64,000 bases of DNA from positions 285,820,001 through 285,884,000 of the forward strand of contig OZ024740.1 of assembly GCA_964016885.1 (NCBI GenBank). Reading direction: 5' to 3'. Both the position numbers and the translations under genes were made by a program. Of the stretch, positions 25,299-39,034 are shown piece after piece (position 1 is the first letter of the stretch; the number at the start of each line of letters is the position of its first letter). The DNA comes from Eledone cirrhosa (taxonomy: Eukaryota). The notes beneath the pieces were generated by a model. It had not been told where the DNA came from. It worked only from the letters and a program-made list of their open reading frames with translations, and made no database searches.

Positions 25299-28200
25299 CT
25301 AGCAGCTACAGCAACAAATCATTTAATACTTTTACTTAATGAATGGATTATTTCATATTTATGAATGACAACTATAGATATATTTTAAAATTAGTTGAAC
25401 AGCTCTATACTCAATTTCAACAGCAACAACAAACATTTTAGGCCATTTCTCTAGCTAAAGCAAGGTTTATTTACCTTGCAGGTTGCCCCATGACAGCCTT
25501 TTCCATTTTACCCTATTCTCTACAAACATACCCCCCATCAACCCTCTAGCTTTCATTTCCTCCATCATCTTTAGCTATGTCTTTCTTGGTCTTTCCTTTC
25601 CCTTCTTCTACTTCTGTCCACATTCATTTCCATTGCTCCTCTCACCCAATCACTTTCATGTGAAATAAATAGTTAAGTTTTGTATTGAAAAATATCTTTT
25701 AAAAAATTTATCATTTGTCAAAGTAATGTGATTTTGTTCAAGCCACGTTCTTCCCAAGAAGTAATGTAACATTTATGTCACATTTGGTCAGATTACTTTG
25801 CATGGTCTTAGTTTTATTTTCTAAATTTAACTCTTTTATGGCCAAACTATCTGAAAATGTGCCTTGTTTTACGATGAAAAAATAAACATTTGTTTTAAAT
25901 TGTTCATGTTTAAACATAAACCTTATATTTTCTTATAAATATAGTATTGAAAGGGTTAACCCTTTTTTTGAGACTAAACTGCCTGACATAGCTTTGGTTA
26001 TACAATACTAAGCTGTTTGTTTTAAAATGTTTATATTTATCTAAAAAAAAAATTGATCATCATTTTATGTAAGAAACTATACTCCACACGCCAGCTTAAT
26101 AATGAGAAAATTCATTATAAAACTAACTATTTCTGATTTCTTGATTATTTAAAAAAAATTATTGTGTCTTTCAGTAGATATATGGTAATGAAATGGTTAA
26201 GCCAGGTTCTGGAAAGATTAAGCTATTGCCTTGGAAATCTGTTATCATCCTGATGTAACTTGGTTTCTTACAAGCTGCTGTCTAATATTGTATATTGGAG
26301 TTTTTCCAAAGACATTTGTATTTAGTATTCAGTTCTTCCAGAGATGTTAGATACTAATAATGGGAATATATATGCTCATATAATGATGCATATATGTGTG
26401 TACTCATGTGAATGCATTGGCTCACACTTTAACCATTCATTTCATTACAATATTTCTAATGAAAGACACTGCCTAAATTTTAAAATCATTTTTTAAAATA
26501 ATCAAGAATATGGAAGTATTTAGTAATGTAACTAACTTTTTTGTTATTAAACTGGTGTTCAGAGCAACTTAAAACTTTTTACATAAATTATGGTAAGTTT
26601 TTAGATAAATATAAACACCTTTGTATCATAGAACTGGTAACAGTTTCAGGTGGTTTGATATCTCCAGGTTAAGATTAAGTTAAAGTTGTGTGTTGTGTCC
26701 CAACATGGCCATGGCCCATGGGCTTGAACAGATAGAATACTATGCATATCTGTTTTTGTATGTTATATATAGATATATTAACTAAAATTATTTAATGTTA
26801 TCCAGGAAACATGTTAGGTACCTTCTCTAGATGTTTAATTTACTCAAATATTGCTACTTGTGTGTGTGTTTTCCTATACCAGTGTAAAATGGTGTGTCAA
26901 GTTATGTTCTCTATGCCAACAGATGCCCATTCAATAAACAGAGATCAAAGGATATGATTGACTAAAACACTTCAAGGCAGTGCCCCAGCATGGCCACAGT
27001 CCATTAAATTAAATCGGTAAAAGAGTAAAACTTTACAAAAATAACAAAAACAACAAAAAGGAATAGCTAAAAATAGAGGTAAATTGCATCAAAGAATGTA
27101 ATGCAGTTTGTTTCTTTGAGATTTTAAAGAATTGCATTGGAAACTTGATTGATTTTAAAGTAGAATCTCATTTCTGAAATTTAAATCAAAATGCTGTTAA
27201 AATTTTTTATTTCTACTTTAAATTTGTCATGGCATTTCAGAAATTGCTAATGCCTCACATTGCCAAAGGTGAAGAAGATGCGGTCAAGCTAAGCGATGAA
27301 AAGAGTTTCAAGTTAAATGTGAAGACAATATTCAAGTATGACTGTGTTGCTCAATAATTAGGCATGGTTGACATGATTTAACCAAGATAGAGGGAGGTTG
27401 TGTGAAAATTATAATTCTTAAAGTTTCAAAAGAAGAAAAGGTTAACCTACTCTTTTGCTTTTCTGTTAATTTTATTTTCATTGTATATTTTATTTCCCTC
27501 TGTTATATAAATTTGAAGGTACCTGCTTATGTAAAGACATTCTATAATAAATACATAATAATAATAATAATTTTAATAATAATAGTAAAGGTTTCTTTAT
27601 AATCATCCATTTAACAACTATTTTCCCCTGCCAACAAGTTGGATGAGTCGTTACAAACCAAGTCAGTGCTCAAGTGGAACTACTGATCTCTCAGATGAGC
27701 CAGGAGCCTACATCTTACTTACATTCCTGTGCTCTACTGAGTGCATTTTATTGTGGTACCAGCTCGAGGGAGATTATCATGTTTTTTTACATAGCTGAAG
27801 AGTCCTCTTCACTCTTTGATTAAAAGGTTTTCTGTGGCTGGATGCCCTGCCTAACACCAACCACTTTACAGAGTATACTGAGTGTGTGTATCTTGTAAAT
27901 CCTGAAACACTAGTGAGGTTGTCCTATTTTTGACATATCTGGTTCACTGGAGCCTTTGTTTAGCATATATAAAGTGGTTGGCATTAAGAGGGGCATACAG
28001 TTATAGAAATTATACCCAAAATGGAATGTATGAGCAGGACATGAACCCTCCTGACTTGTCAAGTCACAGACCTTGATGACCCATTCAACTCATACCAGTA
28101 TGGAAAGTTGGGATAAAATGATGATATATATATATATATATAAATCATCACCATTTAGCATCCATTTTTCCATGCTTGCATCGGTTATATATATATATAT

Positions 28201-29197
28201 ATGTATGTATATATATCATCATCATCATCATCATCATTTTACGTCAGATTTATATATAAACACATATATATAGTTAGATAGATAGATTTAGATATGAGCA
28301 AGACATGATCACCTAACCTTGCATTGCCCACAACAGGACAACCCGTCTAACCCAAGCTAGCATGGACGTAAAATGGAGGTGATGATATATTTTTGTGTTT
28401 ATATACATATATCATCATCATCATCGTTTAACGTCCATGTTCCACGCTTGCATGGGTTTGGACGGGAGTTTTCCCACTTGAGGCAAGAGTGGTTGTCATT
28501 GCTCGCATAGGACCGTCTGGCGGGTTTTCTACAGCTGGATGCCCTTCCTAACATCAACCACATTATATATATATATATATATATATCATTATTATGATAT
28601 GTGCCAGCATAGTTACGTCCTTTTATGATCTGAGTTCAAATCCTGCCGAGGTTAACTTTGCCTTTCATCCTTACGGGGTCGATAAAATAAAGTACCAGTA
28701 ATGTACTGGAATAATTGCTGGCCTTGTGCCTAAAGTAGAAACAATTATTATGATATGTGCGTTTGTGTGTGTGTGTGTGTTATGTTGGTACCACAAAACA
28801 CCCAGCACACACTGTAAATGAGGTTGGCGCTAGGAAGGGCATCCAGCTGTAAAAAACCAACCAGAAACAGTCCTGTATGAGTGAAACACAGTCACCTGAT
28901 CCAACTTGCCTCTAAATGGAACAAACCCATCTAACCCATGCTAGCGTGGAAGATGGGTGTTAAATGTTGATGGTGATGATGCTGATGAATACATATATAC
29001 ATAACATACACACAGGCTGAACCTCATAAATCCAACACTTTGTTGTTCAACAAATTTTATTTTTGGAATCTGCCATTGTAATATCATTTTTGGTTTCAGA
29101 CTTTATATAATTTAAAAAAAAACAAAAAAAAAAACACTTGTTTGGAAGCATTGGTTGTATTATTTGCTGTTTTAAGCTTTATCTAGTTTTGATAAGA

Positions 29198-29244
<47 letters not shown>

Positions 29245-29246
<2 letters not shown>

Positions 29247-29500
29247 AATGGAAATGCAAGACTATGTTTATATAGAGGCTCTCCTTAATGGTCATTTTCT
29301 GCTGTTCCGCATTTTTCTGTGGTCGGGCGCAATTGACTGATCTGTGTTGCTAAATTTAAGGTATCCAACTTGTATGAGTTTCTGAGAGTAAATTAGACAA
29401 TCTGTTCTGGCAGCTGCTAGTCTGTTTGGTTGTAAATCTTGTAGTTCTTTAGATAGTTCTTATTTCTGTGTCTGCATTTGGAAGCCAACTCTTGTTTTTA
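29245..29500 (-). mobile_element. Penelope-like element 3' fragment (end of GIY-YIG-containing ORF plus 3' UTR) next to (TA)n
   Basis: Minus frame 29497-29417 reads KQELASKCRHRNKNYLKNYKIYNQTD*, matching the ELxSKCRHxNK motif that ends many PLE ORFs. It abuts (TA)n at 29203-29244. Confidence 0.6.
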
Positions 29501-29828
29501 CTGACAGTTTCATAAGCTATATTAATATACTCCTATAACTAGACTATTTTAATATTTCTGAAGATTCAGTCAGATCAAAAATTAATACTTGTAGGGATAT
29601 TTTCCTTTTTCTTTTCTTTTATCATTACTGTTTTTGTTTTTCCTTTTTTTTTAAAAACATAGTTAATTGTATATGGATTTACTTCTATATACTGGTATTT
29701 TACTAAATGATAAAACTATTTTTACTCCTACCTATCTGTAGATTTTACTTCAGTTGGTTGTTTAAAGGTAGATAAAACTAATAAAATGTTATAAATTCTC
29801 CCTTAAATCCTTGGTTGAATTTTTATTA

Positions 29829-30570
29829 TCTGTATATATATAAAATTAAGTATGTGTGTTACCTATAGGGGCCTACATCTTACGACCGATTTTCATGAAA
29901 CTTTACAGGCTCATAGATTAGTCATCGGGGAGTGTTTTCTATATATCAGCATATCGTTTTTTTATTCCGGGATCATTCTGCAAATAAAAATCGATAGGGG
30001 GGGTCACCTTTTTTTAGGTATCGAAATATAAGATTTTGGGCTCTAGCTCCCACATTTTGGCACCGATTTCGTTCAAATTTTAAAGCAAAATAGAATTTAT
30101 CATTGCACATCCTGTAATGGCTTTATATTTTGCATTTATTGTTCAGGGACGGCGTGGCAGCCGCTTAGATATTCAAAAATACCACCTTTTCACTCAAATT
30201 TCCACTTTTTCGGCTCTAGCTCCCACATTTTTCAACCGATTTTGTTCAAATTCGAAACTTCGGCTCCACCTCACACATAAATCAATTTATTTGGTTCAAC
30301 TTTTATACTACGATAGAACCTATCATTGCACATCTTATAGTAGCTTTACACTTGGCATTTTTTGTTCAGGGACGGCGTAGCAGCCGTTTAACTCTTCAAA
30401 ATACGATTTTTTCCACCTCCCACATATTCCATACGATTTCACTCAACATTTCGCCATTTGCTACACCTTACGACCGATTTTCAAGAAACTCGCAGTCGCT
30501 AAGATCAACACCTTTTCATCAAAGAAGATATTATTTTACCTACCCAGGCAACGCTGGGTACTGCTGCTAG
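29829..30570 (+). mobile_element. Non-autonomous Helitron with internal subrepeats
   Basis: A|TCTGTATATATATAAAA 5' end; TACCCAG-GCAACG-CTGGGTA hairpin then CTAG|T. Four CCGATTT...AAA subrepeats and an internal duplication (~30040-30200 vs ~30212-30415). Confidence 0.85.
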
Positions 30571-30821
30571 TTATAATATATATAAACAGGTGTAAAAGGC
30601 TAATGATTACATAAACAGATGTAAAATGCTGATGTTTATATATAGATAGATAGATAGATAGATAGATAGATGTGTAAAATCCTGACCGCGGTGCTAAGTG
30701 GTTTCGGCTTGGCGGCATGGGCGGGATTTTAGGCATCTCTATATCCACTCTATATCTCCCCCATGTATTGAGTACTCACATGATTTGTGGTCTCAGTCAC
30801 AGCACCACAGACTCTCTCTCC

Positions 30822-30883
<62 letters not shown>

Positions 30884-31090
30884 ATAATGATCATCATAAT
30901 TTAACATCCATTTTCCCTGCTAGTCAGGGTTAAATGGGTTATCATAGGCAAAGTCAATACTTAATCGGAGCTACTGGCCTGCATTGTACTGAGTGCACTT
31001 GTTGCATTTTATTTTGGCCCCAGCACTAAGAGTTGTCATATTTTTAACATAGTTGAGTCTTCCTTTGTTTGGCAATATGTATGTATACAC

Positions 31091-31125
<35 letters not shown>

Positions 31126-32129
31126 AAACTTAAGCCAAATGAGTTGATATTTTATCTTTATTGTTTATCTTCATTGAGATGTCGAATATTAGAGACAAAT
31201 AACTTTTAATTGATATGATGATGATGTTGATATATAGTACAATTTGTTATATTTAAAAAAGATTTGATTCACTTTCCATGTTAGTGGGTTGGATTACCCT
31301 AGTTATCAATGTACATTCATATAGTTTATACTTGACAGCTATTACCACATATGTGATAAAGTGAGATTGGCACTCGTTTTCTAATTTGATGATCTAAGAA
31401 GACTATTGTAATATGTATTGTAGGAGGGAGGAGAGATAGAAGTGTTGACACAATTTCAACTTCCTTTTCAATGAATTTAAAATATCAAACAGTTTATTTC
31501 AGTAAGATGTCTAATCAAAAGATTATTTCTCTGTACTGCTGAAATAACAGTTCAACATGTATATACGCATCTGTGTAAGCTTCCTCTTGTGTGTATTTGC
31601 ATACATGTGGGTGTGTTTATGTGTGTTTTAGTATGTGAAAATTTATGTGATTTTTATAGCTGGTTGAATCTTTACAGCAAGTATATTTATCCCCATACCA
31701 ATAATTCAGGACCCTACCACCACCACCACCATTGTAACTAACACTAACACCATTCTCTCCCTTATTATCACCATAATCTCCTAGTCTGTTTTCTACTTGA
31801 AGTGGTGAGAGCTGATCTCAAATCACTGAACCTTACGAAGGGGAACATGAATGAATGCAACAAGTGAAGGGAAGTTGTTTTAGAGAAGACTCATCTTACA
31901 CATGTAGTTGGTGATGATGATGATTCAATGGTATATTTCCATCATCGTATATCTATTACGGAGAACAAATTATATGCAAAATGTCATGTTTTGGTGATAC
32001 TCAGTGCCATACTTGCTCAACATTTTTTGTTTGTTATTTGGAGGAAGGTTCTTTTTTTATTCCTTTCACCATATTGCAGTTGCACTTTCGGTGGTCTTAC
32101 TTGTACCAGTCACCAATCTTTGGTGACTA

Positions 32130-32484
32130 GCGTGGATGGAGTTCCACTGAAGCAGGTGGAGAAGTTCAAGTATCTTGGGACCGTGTTCAGAAGTGATGGG
32201 AGGCAAGAGGGTGAATTAAGTGTAAAAATTGAAGGAGCTGGTACAGTAATGCACCAGCTTCAACATTCGGTAATCAGAAGAAGGGAGGTAGACGTAAAAG
32301 TCAAACTCGCTATCTTCAATTCATTATTCGCGCCAACCCTTACCTATGGTCATGAATCTTGGGTAATGACTGAAAGAATACGATCGCGAATACAAGCTGC
32401 TGAAATGGGATTCCTCCAAAAGGTCTTTGGAGTAATATTACTTGATAGAGTGCATAGGTTGGAGATTGGAGAGTCACTCCAGAT
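32130..32484 (+). mobile_element. RTE LINE RT C-terminal fragment (second RTE family)
   Basis: VDGVPLKQVEKFKYLG...KLAIFNSLFAPTLTYGHESWVMTERIRSRIQAAEMGFL within ORF 31928-32575. Confidence 0.85.
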
Positions 32485-32698
32485 GACTCCAGGAGTACTT
32501 GTACTCAAATGCCTGAATTCTTCATTCCATGTTAGCTGTGAGAGTCCAACTCTCATACCCATACAAAAGGATTGAAATCATCAAGGACTTGTATAATTTG
32601 AGCTTTGTTGGAAAACTCACGGAGTTACTTTTCCATATGATATTCTACTTTTCCATGGCAGAAGTGCTCAGGCCAAGTCTTGTCAGTATCTCCATTAC
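32485..32698 (-). mobile_element. RTE LINE RT fragment, antisense (third RTE family)
   Basis: Minus strand reads EILTRLGLSTSAMEK*NIIWKSNSVSFPTKLKLYKSLMISILLYGYESWTLTANME*RIQAFEYKYSW. Confidence 0.8.
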
Positions 32699-34346
32699 CT
32701 AATTTCACTCAAAAAGTTTGTCAATTTGAAACTATGGTAAAATACACTTCCCCAAGATGCCCCACATTAGGATCAAACCTGGTACTTTGTGATTGTGAAA
32801 CGAACTTCCTAACCACTGTTTGTTGTACTTCAACATACTAAATTCACTTTAACCCTTTTGATAGCAAACCACCTGAAACTGCGCTTTTTTCTAGCTACGA
32901 TAGGAAACTGTTTATTTTAAAGTGTTTGTATTTATCTAAAAACCTTCAAACATAATTTCATGTAAGAACCTTTGTTAAGCTGTACTTCAATTACCAGATA
33001 AATAATGAGACAGTTATACTACTGAATCACTCTCTAAATTCTTCCGTATTTTCAAAATTAATGGAAAATCATGGGCAGTATTTTTTATTAGAAATATACT
33101 AATAAAAGGCACATATAAATATTATATGTGCCTTTTAAATTTTGATGGTTGGTGACTCCTATAGCACTTTCTTCCCTCTTTTGTTTTCCTGCAATATCTA
33201 CCTCTCTTCTTACATTTTAAGATAGACAGAGTTTGATCCAGTCCATTATACTACTCTATCCTTGCAGTATTGTGAATACCTTTTAGCAAATAATGTTGTT
33301 TGTAATTCATAGACAATAATGTTGCATAACTTCTAGTTAGGTGGCAGCAAATTGGCAGAGTCAGTAGAATGTCAGATAGATTACTTTGCAATATTCGTTC
33401 TGGTTCAAATCTTGCTGTAGTCAACTTTACCTTTCAATTTTTCGAAGTTGATAAAAGAAGTCCCTGTCAGTACTGGGGTTGATTCTTCCTTTATGTATAT
33501 CTCTTTCTCACTTCCTCTCATTCTCTGGAAGAAATTAGCTGTGTTCAGACCTAGAGAGGGATGAGCTCCACCAGCTCTAAAATGTTCATGACACACTGTA
33601 TGCCATGACGATACCCCTGTGTCTTCATCAGGTGTTACAGGTTTATACATACATATTACTCTCCTACAAACTTGATGTATCAATGTAAAAAAAAAAAAAT
33701 TGCTATTGTTGTTGTCATTGCTTTTGTTAGTATGTTCAGCCATATTCGATTTGAACTTTCATCTGTTTAGGATCAATAAAATACTATGAATAATATATTG
33801 TGGTGGGGGTGGAGGTCAATTCAAATCTTTTACATAAACAAAGTAAATTATTTTTCTGCCTGATTCTACACATCCTAATTTGATGTATTTTCTCACACTA
33901 CCCATAACCATCCTTTCTCTTCTCTGACTTCATCCTCCAATTGTTCAATGAATTGGACTCTGGATTCAGAGTTTGGTTGTGTTTCGTGACATCATCATCT
34001 TTCTTTTCTTTCTATGGTTTAGTAGTGGGGAAATGGACTCTCCCTGTCTTCCATACTATTTCTGGTAGAGTGCCAAGAGTTTCATCTATGGTGATTTTTT
34101 ATTATTATTATTATTATTATTATTGTCACTGTAGCACTTTTTTTTGTTATTTGGGTGTGGTTAATATTGCTATTTTTGTTACTATTGTTGCCTTTTGGGA
34201 TGGACACTTTTCCTCCTTCCCTCTTCTCTGTCACTCCTCCTCTCTTCTCTAACCCTCATCCATTGCTTCTCCGCCCCACCCCTCCTCCCCCTAAACAAGT
34301 ATTTTGCACATAGTCCTCTTCTTCATCATTATAGTTCTCACCCTCT

Positions 34347-34407
<61 letters not shown>

Positions 34408-34824
34408 ATCTTTCACATTCTCCACCTCCACCAACTTTCCGCCACCATTTTTTTTTATGTTCACTTTATCCATGTTTGGATGGAACTTTTCGAAGCAGTG
34501 TTTTGGGGTCAGATGCCCTTTCCAAGTCCAGTCCTTTTAGTTGTCTCTTACTTGTTCTTATTAGATGTCTTTGTACCAAGGAAACCCTTATATAATAATG
34601 AAAATTATTGTATACAGTGCTCAGGTGCACTTCTAAGTAATTAATAACTATCTACAGTTGTTATATTTTTAAAATTCCATTATTAGAATCATTTATAAAT
34701 TTGTCAATCTTTATGTGGTCTTTTATCTTGTAATTATTTTTTTAAACAATATTCTACATTAACTCCTTCAGTGCCAGTTTTGTTATTTTACTACCCTAGG
34801 CCAGAATTTCATGTTAAGTTTGGC

Positions 34825-34859
<35 letters not shown>

Positions 34860-35866
34860 AAATGAGATTGGAAAATATAAAATGGAAGATACTTTTGGTG
34901 AAATCTGCTTCATTTACTTTGTCTGGGTCTGTGTTTGACTCTGATTGCTAAAGATGCACCAGTGCATTTTTTACAACCAAAGAGTTAAATGTAATTATTA
35001 TAATGCTTTTTCAATTATCAATACTAATTCTCTTTAATATATTTGTTAGAACATTTTCTAAAATCTTTTAACCCATTTGTCACCATATTTCTCAGGAAAT
35101 CCATTGCCTTTCTGTTTCAATTAATTTTGAGCATAATTAAGAATTTAGAAAAATTCAGTAAAATTTAGTAAAATAACATTACGTAAGAAGGTTTTAATAT
35201 AATTATGAACACTTAAAACTAGGGTGGTTATAAGTGGGTTGGTATCAAAAGAGTAAAAATCTACCTTAAAATCATACATTATTCTTTATAAAACCATATA
35301 ATTTTCTGAAAGTTTGTCATTATTTCTAAACTTAGAAGTTGAACTGTTTTGGCAATTTCTTTTTCTTTCCATTTGTTAGCTCTCAGCTTTTCTCTTTAGT
35401 TATTTCTCTGTCCCTTTCTTCTTCTCTCTCTTTTCTCTTCCCCATTCTTCCTTAACAGTTAACTCTATATGTAAGCTTGCTAAATGAAACAAAATTCTGG
35501 TGTGGTTTCCGTTTAAAAAATCAGGGAAGTTGCGATTCTTAAGTGTATTTTTTTAAAGCACTTTCTTTTTCACACTCTTTTACTGGTTTCACTCATTAGC
35601 CTGTGGCCATGCTAAGGCACCACCTTAAAAGGATTTAGCCAATCATGTTGATCCTAGTACCTATTTTTATTTTTTAAGCCTGGTACTTATTTTATTAATA
35701 TCTTTTTGTTAAACTGCTACACATATACACACACATATATATATATACACACACTTCCACACAGTTTCTGTCTAATAAATTCCACTCACAAGTTATTGAT
35801 TAATTTGATACTTTACTAGAAGACACTTGCTCAAGGTGCTACACAGTGGGACCGAACATGAAACCA

Positions 35867-36064
35867 CAAGGATAGGCTGAAAAGTTCATAAGCTGACTAT
35901 GAAGGAGTGATGATAGTGCTGTGAAATTTTGCATGCATTAATTTCAACTCTTCTTATTAATAACTGCATTGTTTCTTTCCAGGGACTATGTTGAAAAATA
36001 GACCTCATTTGATTATTCCATGAGAGTATCTTGGTCAGCCTATGAGCTTTTCATCTGACCCTCA
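35867..36064. mobile_element. Mariner-like MITE
   Basis: Imperfect TIRs GCTGAAAAGTTCATAAGCTGAC / GTCAGCCTATGAGCTTTTCATCTGACCCTCATA. Confidence 0.55.
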
Positions 36065-37007
36065 TATTTAGTTCCACCACAATTAAGAAATTTACGTTGC
36101 AATCATGAAGTTCTGAGTTCGATTTTACTGGGCGACATATTGGGCAAGTGCTTCTTACCATAGCCTCAGGTCAATTGAAGCCTTATGAGTGAAATTATTT
36201 GGAATCCTATCAAATGGACTGTAACTGTATCTTAAATGGTGAGCCATGTCATACACTGAGTCACACTGAATTTTCCTGAGAATTACAAGTTACTTACATA
36301 TAAACTCAATTGATCAAACAACTACAACTCTCTTCATTGAAACCAATAGAGGCCCATTTACGATTTAGTTATGACCCTTTATGTTTTGAGTTCAAATAGC
36401 ATTGAGTTCAAGTTTGCCTTTCATCTTGCAAAAAAAAAAAAAAAAAAGATTACTGGTCTTGTGTGCTTAGATTAGAAACTATTATTATATTTGTTCTGGC
36501 TCTTTACATTGAGTTCATACCTTACCAAAGTTAACTTTGCCTTTCATCCTTCTCATGGTTGGTAAAATATAGTACCAGTCAAATACTGAGGTTGATTTAA
36601 CCCTTTAGCATTTACATTACCCTATATTTACTATTGTATTTTCATGGTAAAGGCTTTACTTCATATAATTATCTCACACAATATCAAATCTATGAGATTT
36701 TGATATTATTTATTTTGAGAACAATACCTTAACATCAGTATGAGCAGCCAGTTACAGCCAGTGTGATCAGAAAGAGGTGAGTGAATTCTGGCCAGATATG
36801 GCCAGTTTAAAGTCTGGTCTTGTGCTTAGTTAGAAATCTATAACCAATTATCAATATTATTGTTGTTACCAGTTGAATGTCTTCGCTAATGCTTGTAAAA
36901 AATGCACAAAGTCACAACATCCCATCTCTGTTAAATTAATAGAAAAAAAAAAATCAATATGAATATATGTATTTGTTTTTCTCGTACTATCCAAAAAAGC
37001 AAACACT

Positions 37008-37008
<1 letters not shown>

Positions 37009-37048
<40 letters not shown>

Positions 37049-37410
37049 AACATATACAGATTGATATAGAAATAGATAGTGAGATATCTATATAGATCGA
37101 TATACAAATAGTGAGATATAGATAGAAATACACACACACATGCACGCACGCACGCACACACACACACATACACAGAGAAATAGATAGTGAGATATCTATA
37201 TAGATTGATATACAAATAGTGAGATATAGATAGAAATATATATACATACACACATATATACATATTGATATAGAAATAGATAGTGATATATATATCGATA
37301 TATTGATATAGAAATAGATAGTGATATATATATATATAGATATATTGATATAGAAATAGTGAGTTAGATACACACACACACACTCACACTCACACAGAGA
37401 GAGAGAGGGA
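37009..37410. repeat. (TA)n/GATA-derived minisatellite with (CA)n and (GA)n
   Basis: Repeated GATATAGAAATAGATAGTGA units interleaved with dinucleotide runs. Confidence 0.85.
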
Positions 37411-38859
37411 GATGTTGAGTTTATCGTTTTCCAATAAGTGGCGATGGAAAAATGGTTATACATTTTATTTTAATATTTTATTTTAAGGAAGCCTGGGTTT
37501 GATAATTTCTTTAGCCACAAACTGTTATCCTAACTACAGCCGCTACAGTAATCAGAGACTTTCCCTTGGTGCTGCTACATGCTTAGAGTGAGTCAGAATT
37601 CATTGGAGGGTATAGCACAGCTATGTAAACGTCTGCTACTCTTATGTTAAACAGCTTCCTATCTTTCTCTATTCTTCTTCTTCTTCCTCACTCATTCTCA
37701 CTCACTCCCTTCTTTCCTCTTCTTTCGGTTCCTACCACCATTTCCTATTCTTTCCTTTCACTCATCATTGAGTGGAAGCTTTTCCTTCATCCATTCTACA
37801 GCTACATCTGGCACTGATCCAGTCACAGTCACTAGTCGTTAACTGGCCAGACCTTGGCTGTGTGGTCATAGTGACACCCTTGGAATACTAAAAAAAAAAA
37901 AAAAAAAGAAAGCAAACAAAATCTGATATCTATTCTGTCTTTTTCTTTTTCTTTCATTTAACATTTCCACAATATATTGATACAACAAACATATAGACTT
38001 ATATATATCGCTCTCTATATATATATATATAAATATATAGCCTTTATATATATATATATATATATTTGAATGTGTGTTTAAAATAACATAGTATATATAT
38101 ATATATATATGTGTGTATACCTACACCCATATACACATACATTTATATGACTCTTATTGTTGAACTGTGAGAGTATCTTGGAGTAATTTTTGGGGTCTGG
38201 ATTCTACCCTGAAGCCTGCAGAATTTTTATTTAAAATTATATATTGCGGTTCCTGGCATTGCTGGTTCCTGGCATTGCTGGTGTGTCGGTGTCGGTTGGT
38301 GAATCTGTCATCTGAAATTGTGTTTAGGGAAAAAACTAAGTGAAAATGTCTTGGTAAGAAATCTTACAGTCTTTCATTCCAGCTTGCTTGAAATTATTGA
38401 TGATGATGATAATAATAATAATAATAATAATAATTTCTTCTATTAGCTATAATGGCCCAAATGATGATGATTATTTCATTTATTTGCCACAAGGGCATCA
38501 GATGAAGGGGACATTACAAAAAGACATGTTACAACATGATGGGAGAGGGGGAGGGGGGTTACATGGAAATGGTGAAACAAGGGGACGGAAGCTAGTAATA
38601 ACACTAGAAATAATAACAACACTAGTAATAAAAATAACACTAGCAATAATAGTAGTAATAATAAATAGTTAAATAAACTATTAAGATATATGAAAGTAAG
38701 TCTGTTTTGTAACTTGCATACCTGAGATTAAAATCTTAATTTTTTTTTATTATTATTTTATTTTATTTTTTTACCTTTCATGCTCGCCAATATTTGAATA
38801 TTGTGTATCATTACTAATTTTTTTAAAAAATCTTATTTTATTTCTCTAATCCATATATA

Positions 38860-38935
38860 CAAAGTGTCTCGAAAGTCACTATCTATTTTGAATAGCAATA
38901 AATACACTAAAATAGATAACTTTTGAGACACTCTG
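38860..38935. mobile_element. 76-bp Tc1/mariner-like mini-MITE
   Basis: TA|CAAAGTGTCTCGAAAGT...ACTTTTGAGACACTCTG|TA; the inverted symmetry extends inward (TATCTATTTT/AAAATAGATA). Confidence 0.65.
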
Positions 38936-38985
38936 TATATCTATCTATCTATCTATCTCTCTCTATATATAATGTGTATCTATCT

Positions 38986-39034
<49 letters not shown>

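Noticed and set aside
27241-27357. Possible coding exon after TTTCAG (KLLMPHIAKGEEDAVKLSDEKSFKLNVKTIFK...)
   Set aside because: Short, with no recognisable homology and no supportable partner exons; needs RNA-seq.
31928-32575. 215-aa ORF as a host gene
   Set aside because: Only the middle is protein-like (RTE RT); the flanks are unrelated sequence and an antisense LINE piece.
33104-33136. Perfect 15-bp stem hairpin AAAAGGCACATATAA/TTATATGTGCCTTTT
   Set aside because: AT-rich and located at the decayed end of a MITE; no functional motif.
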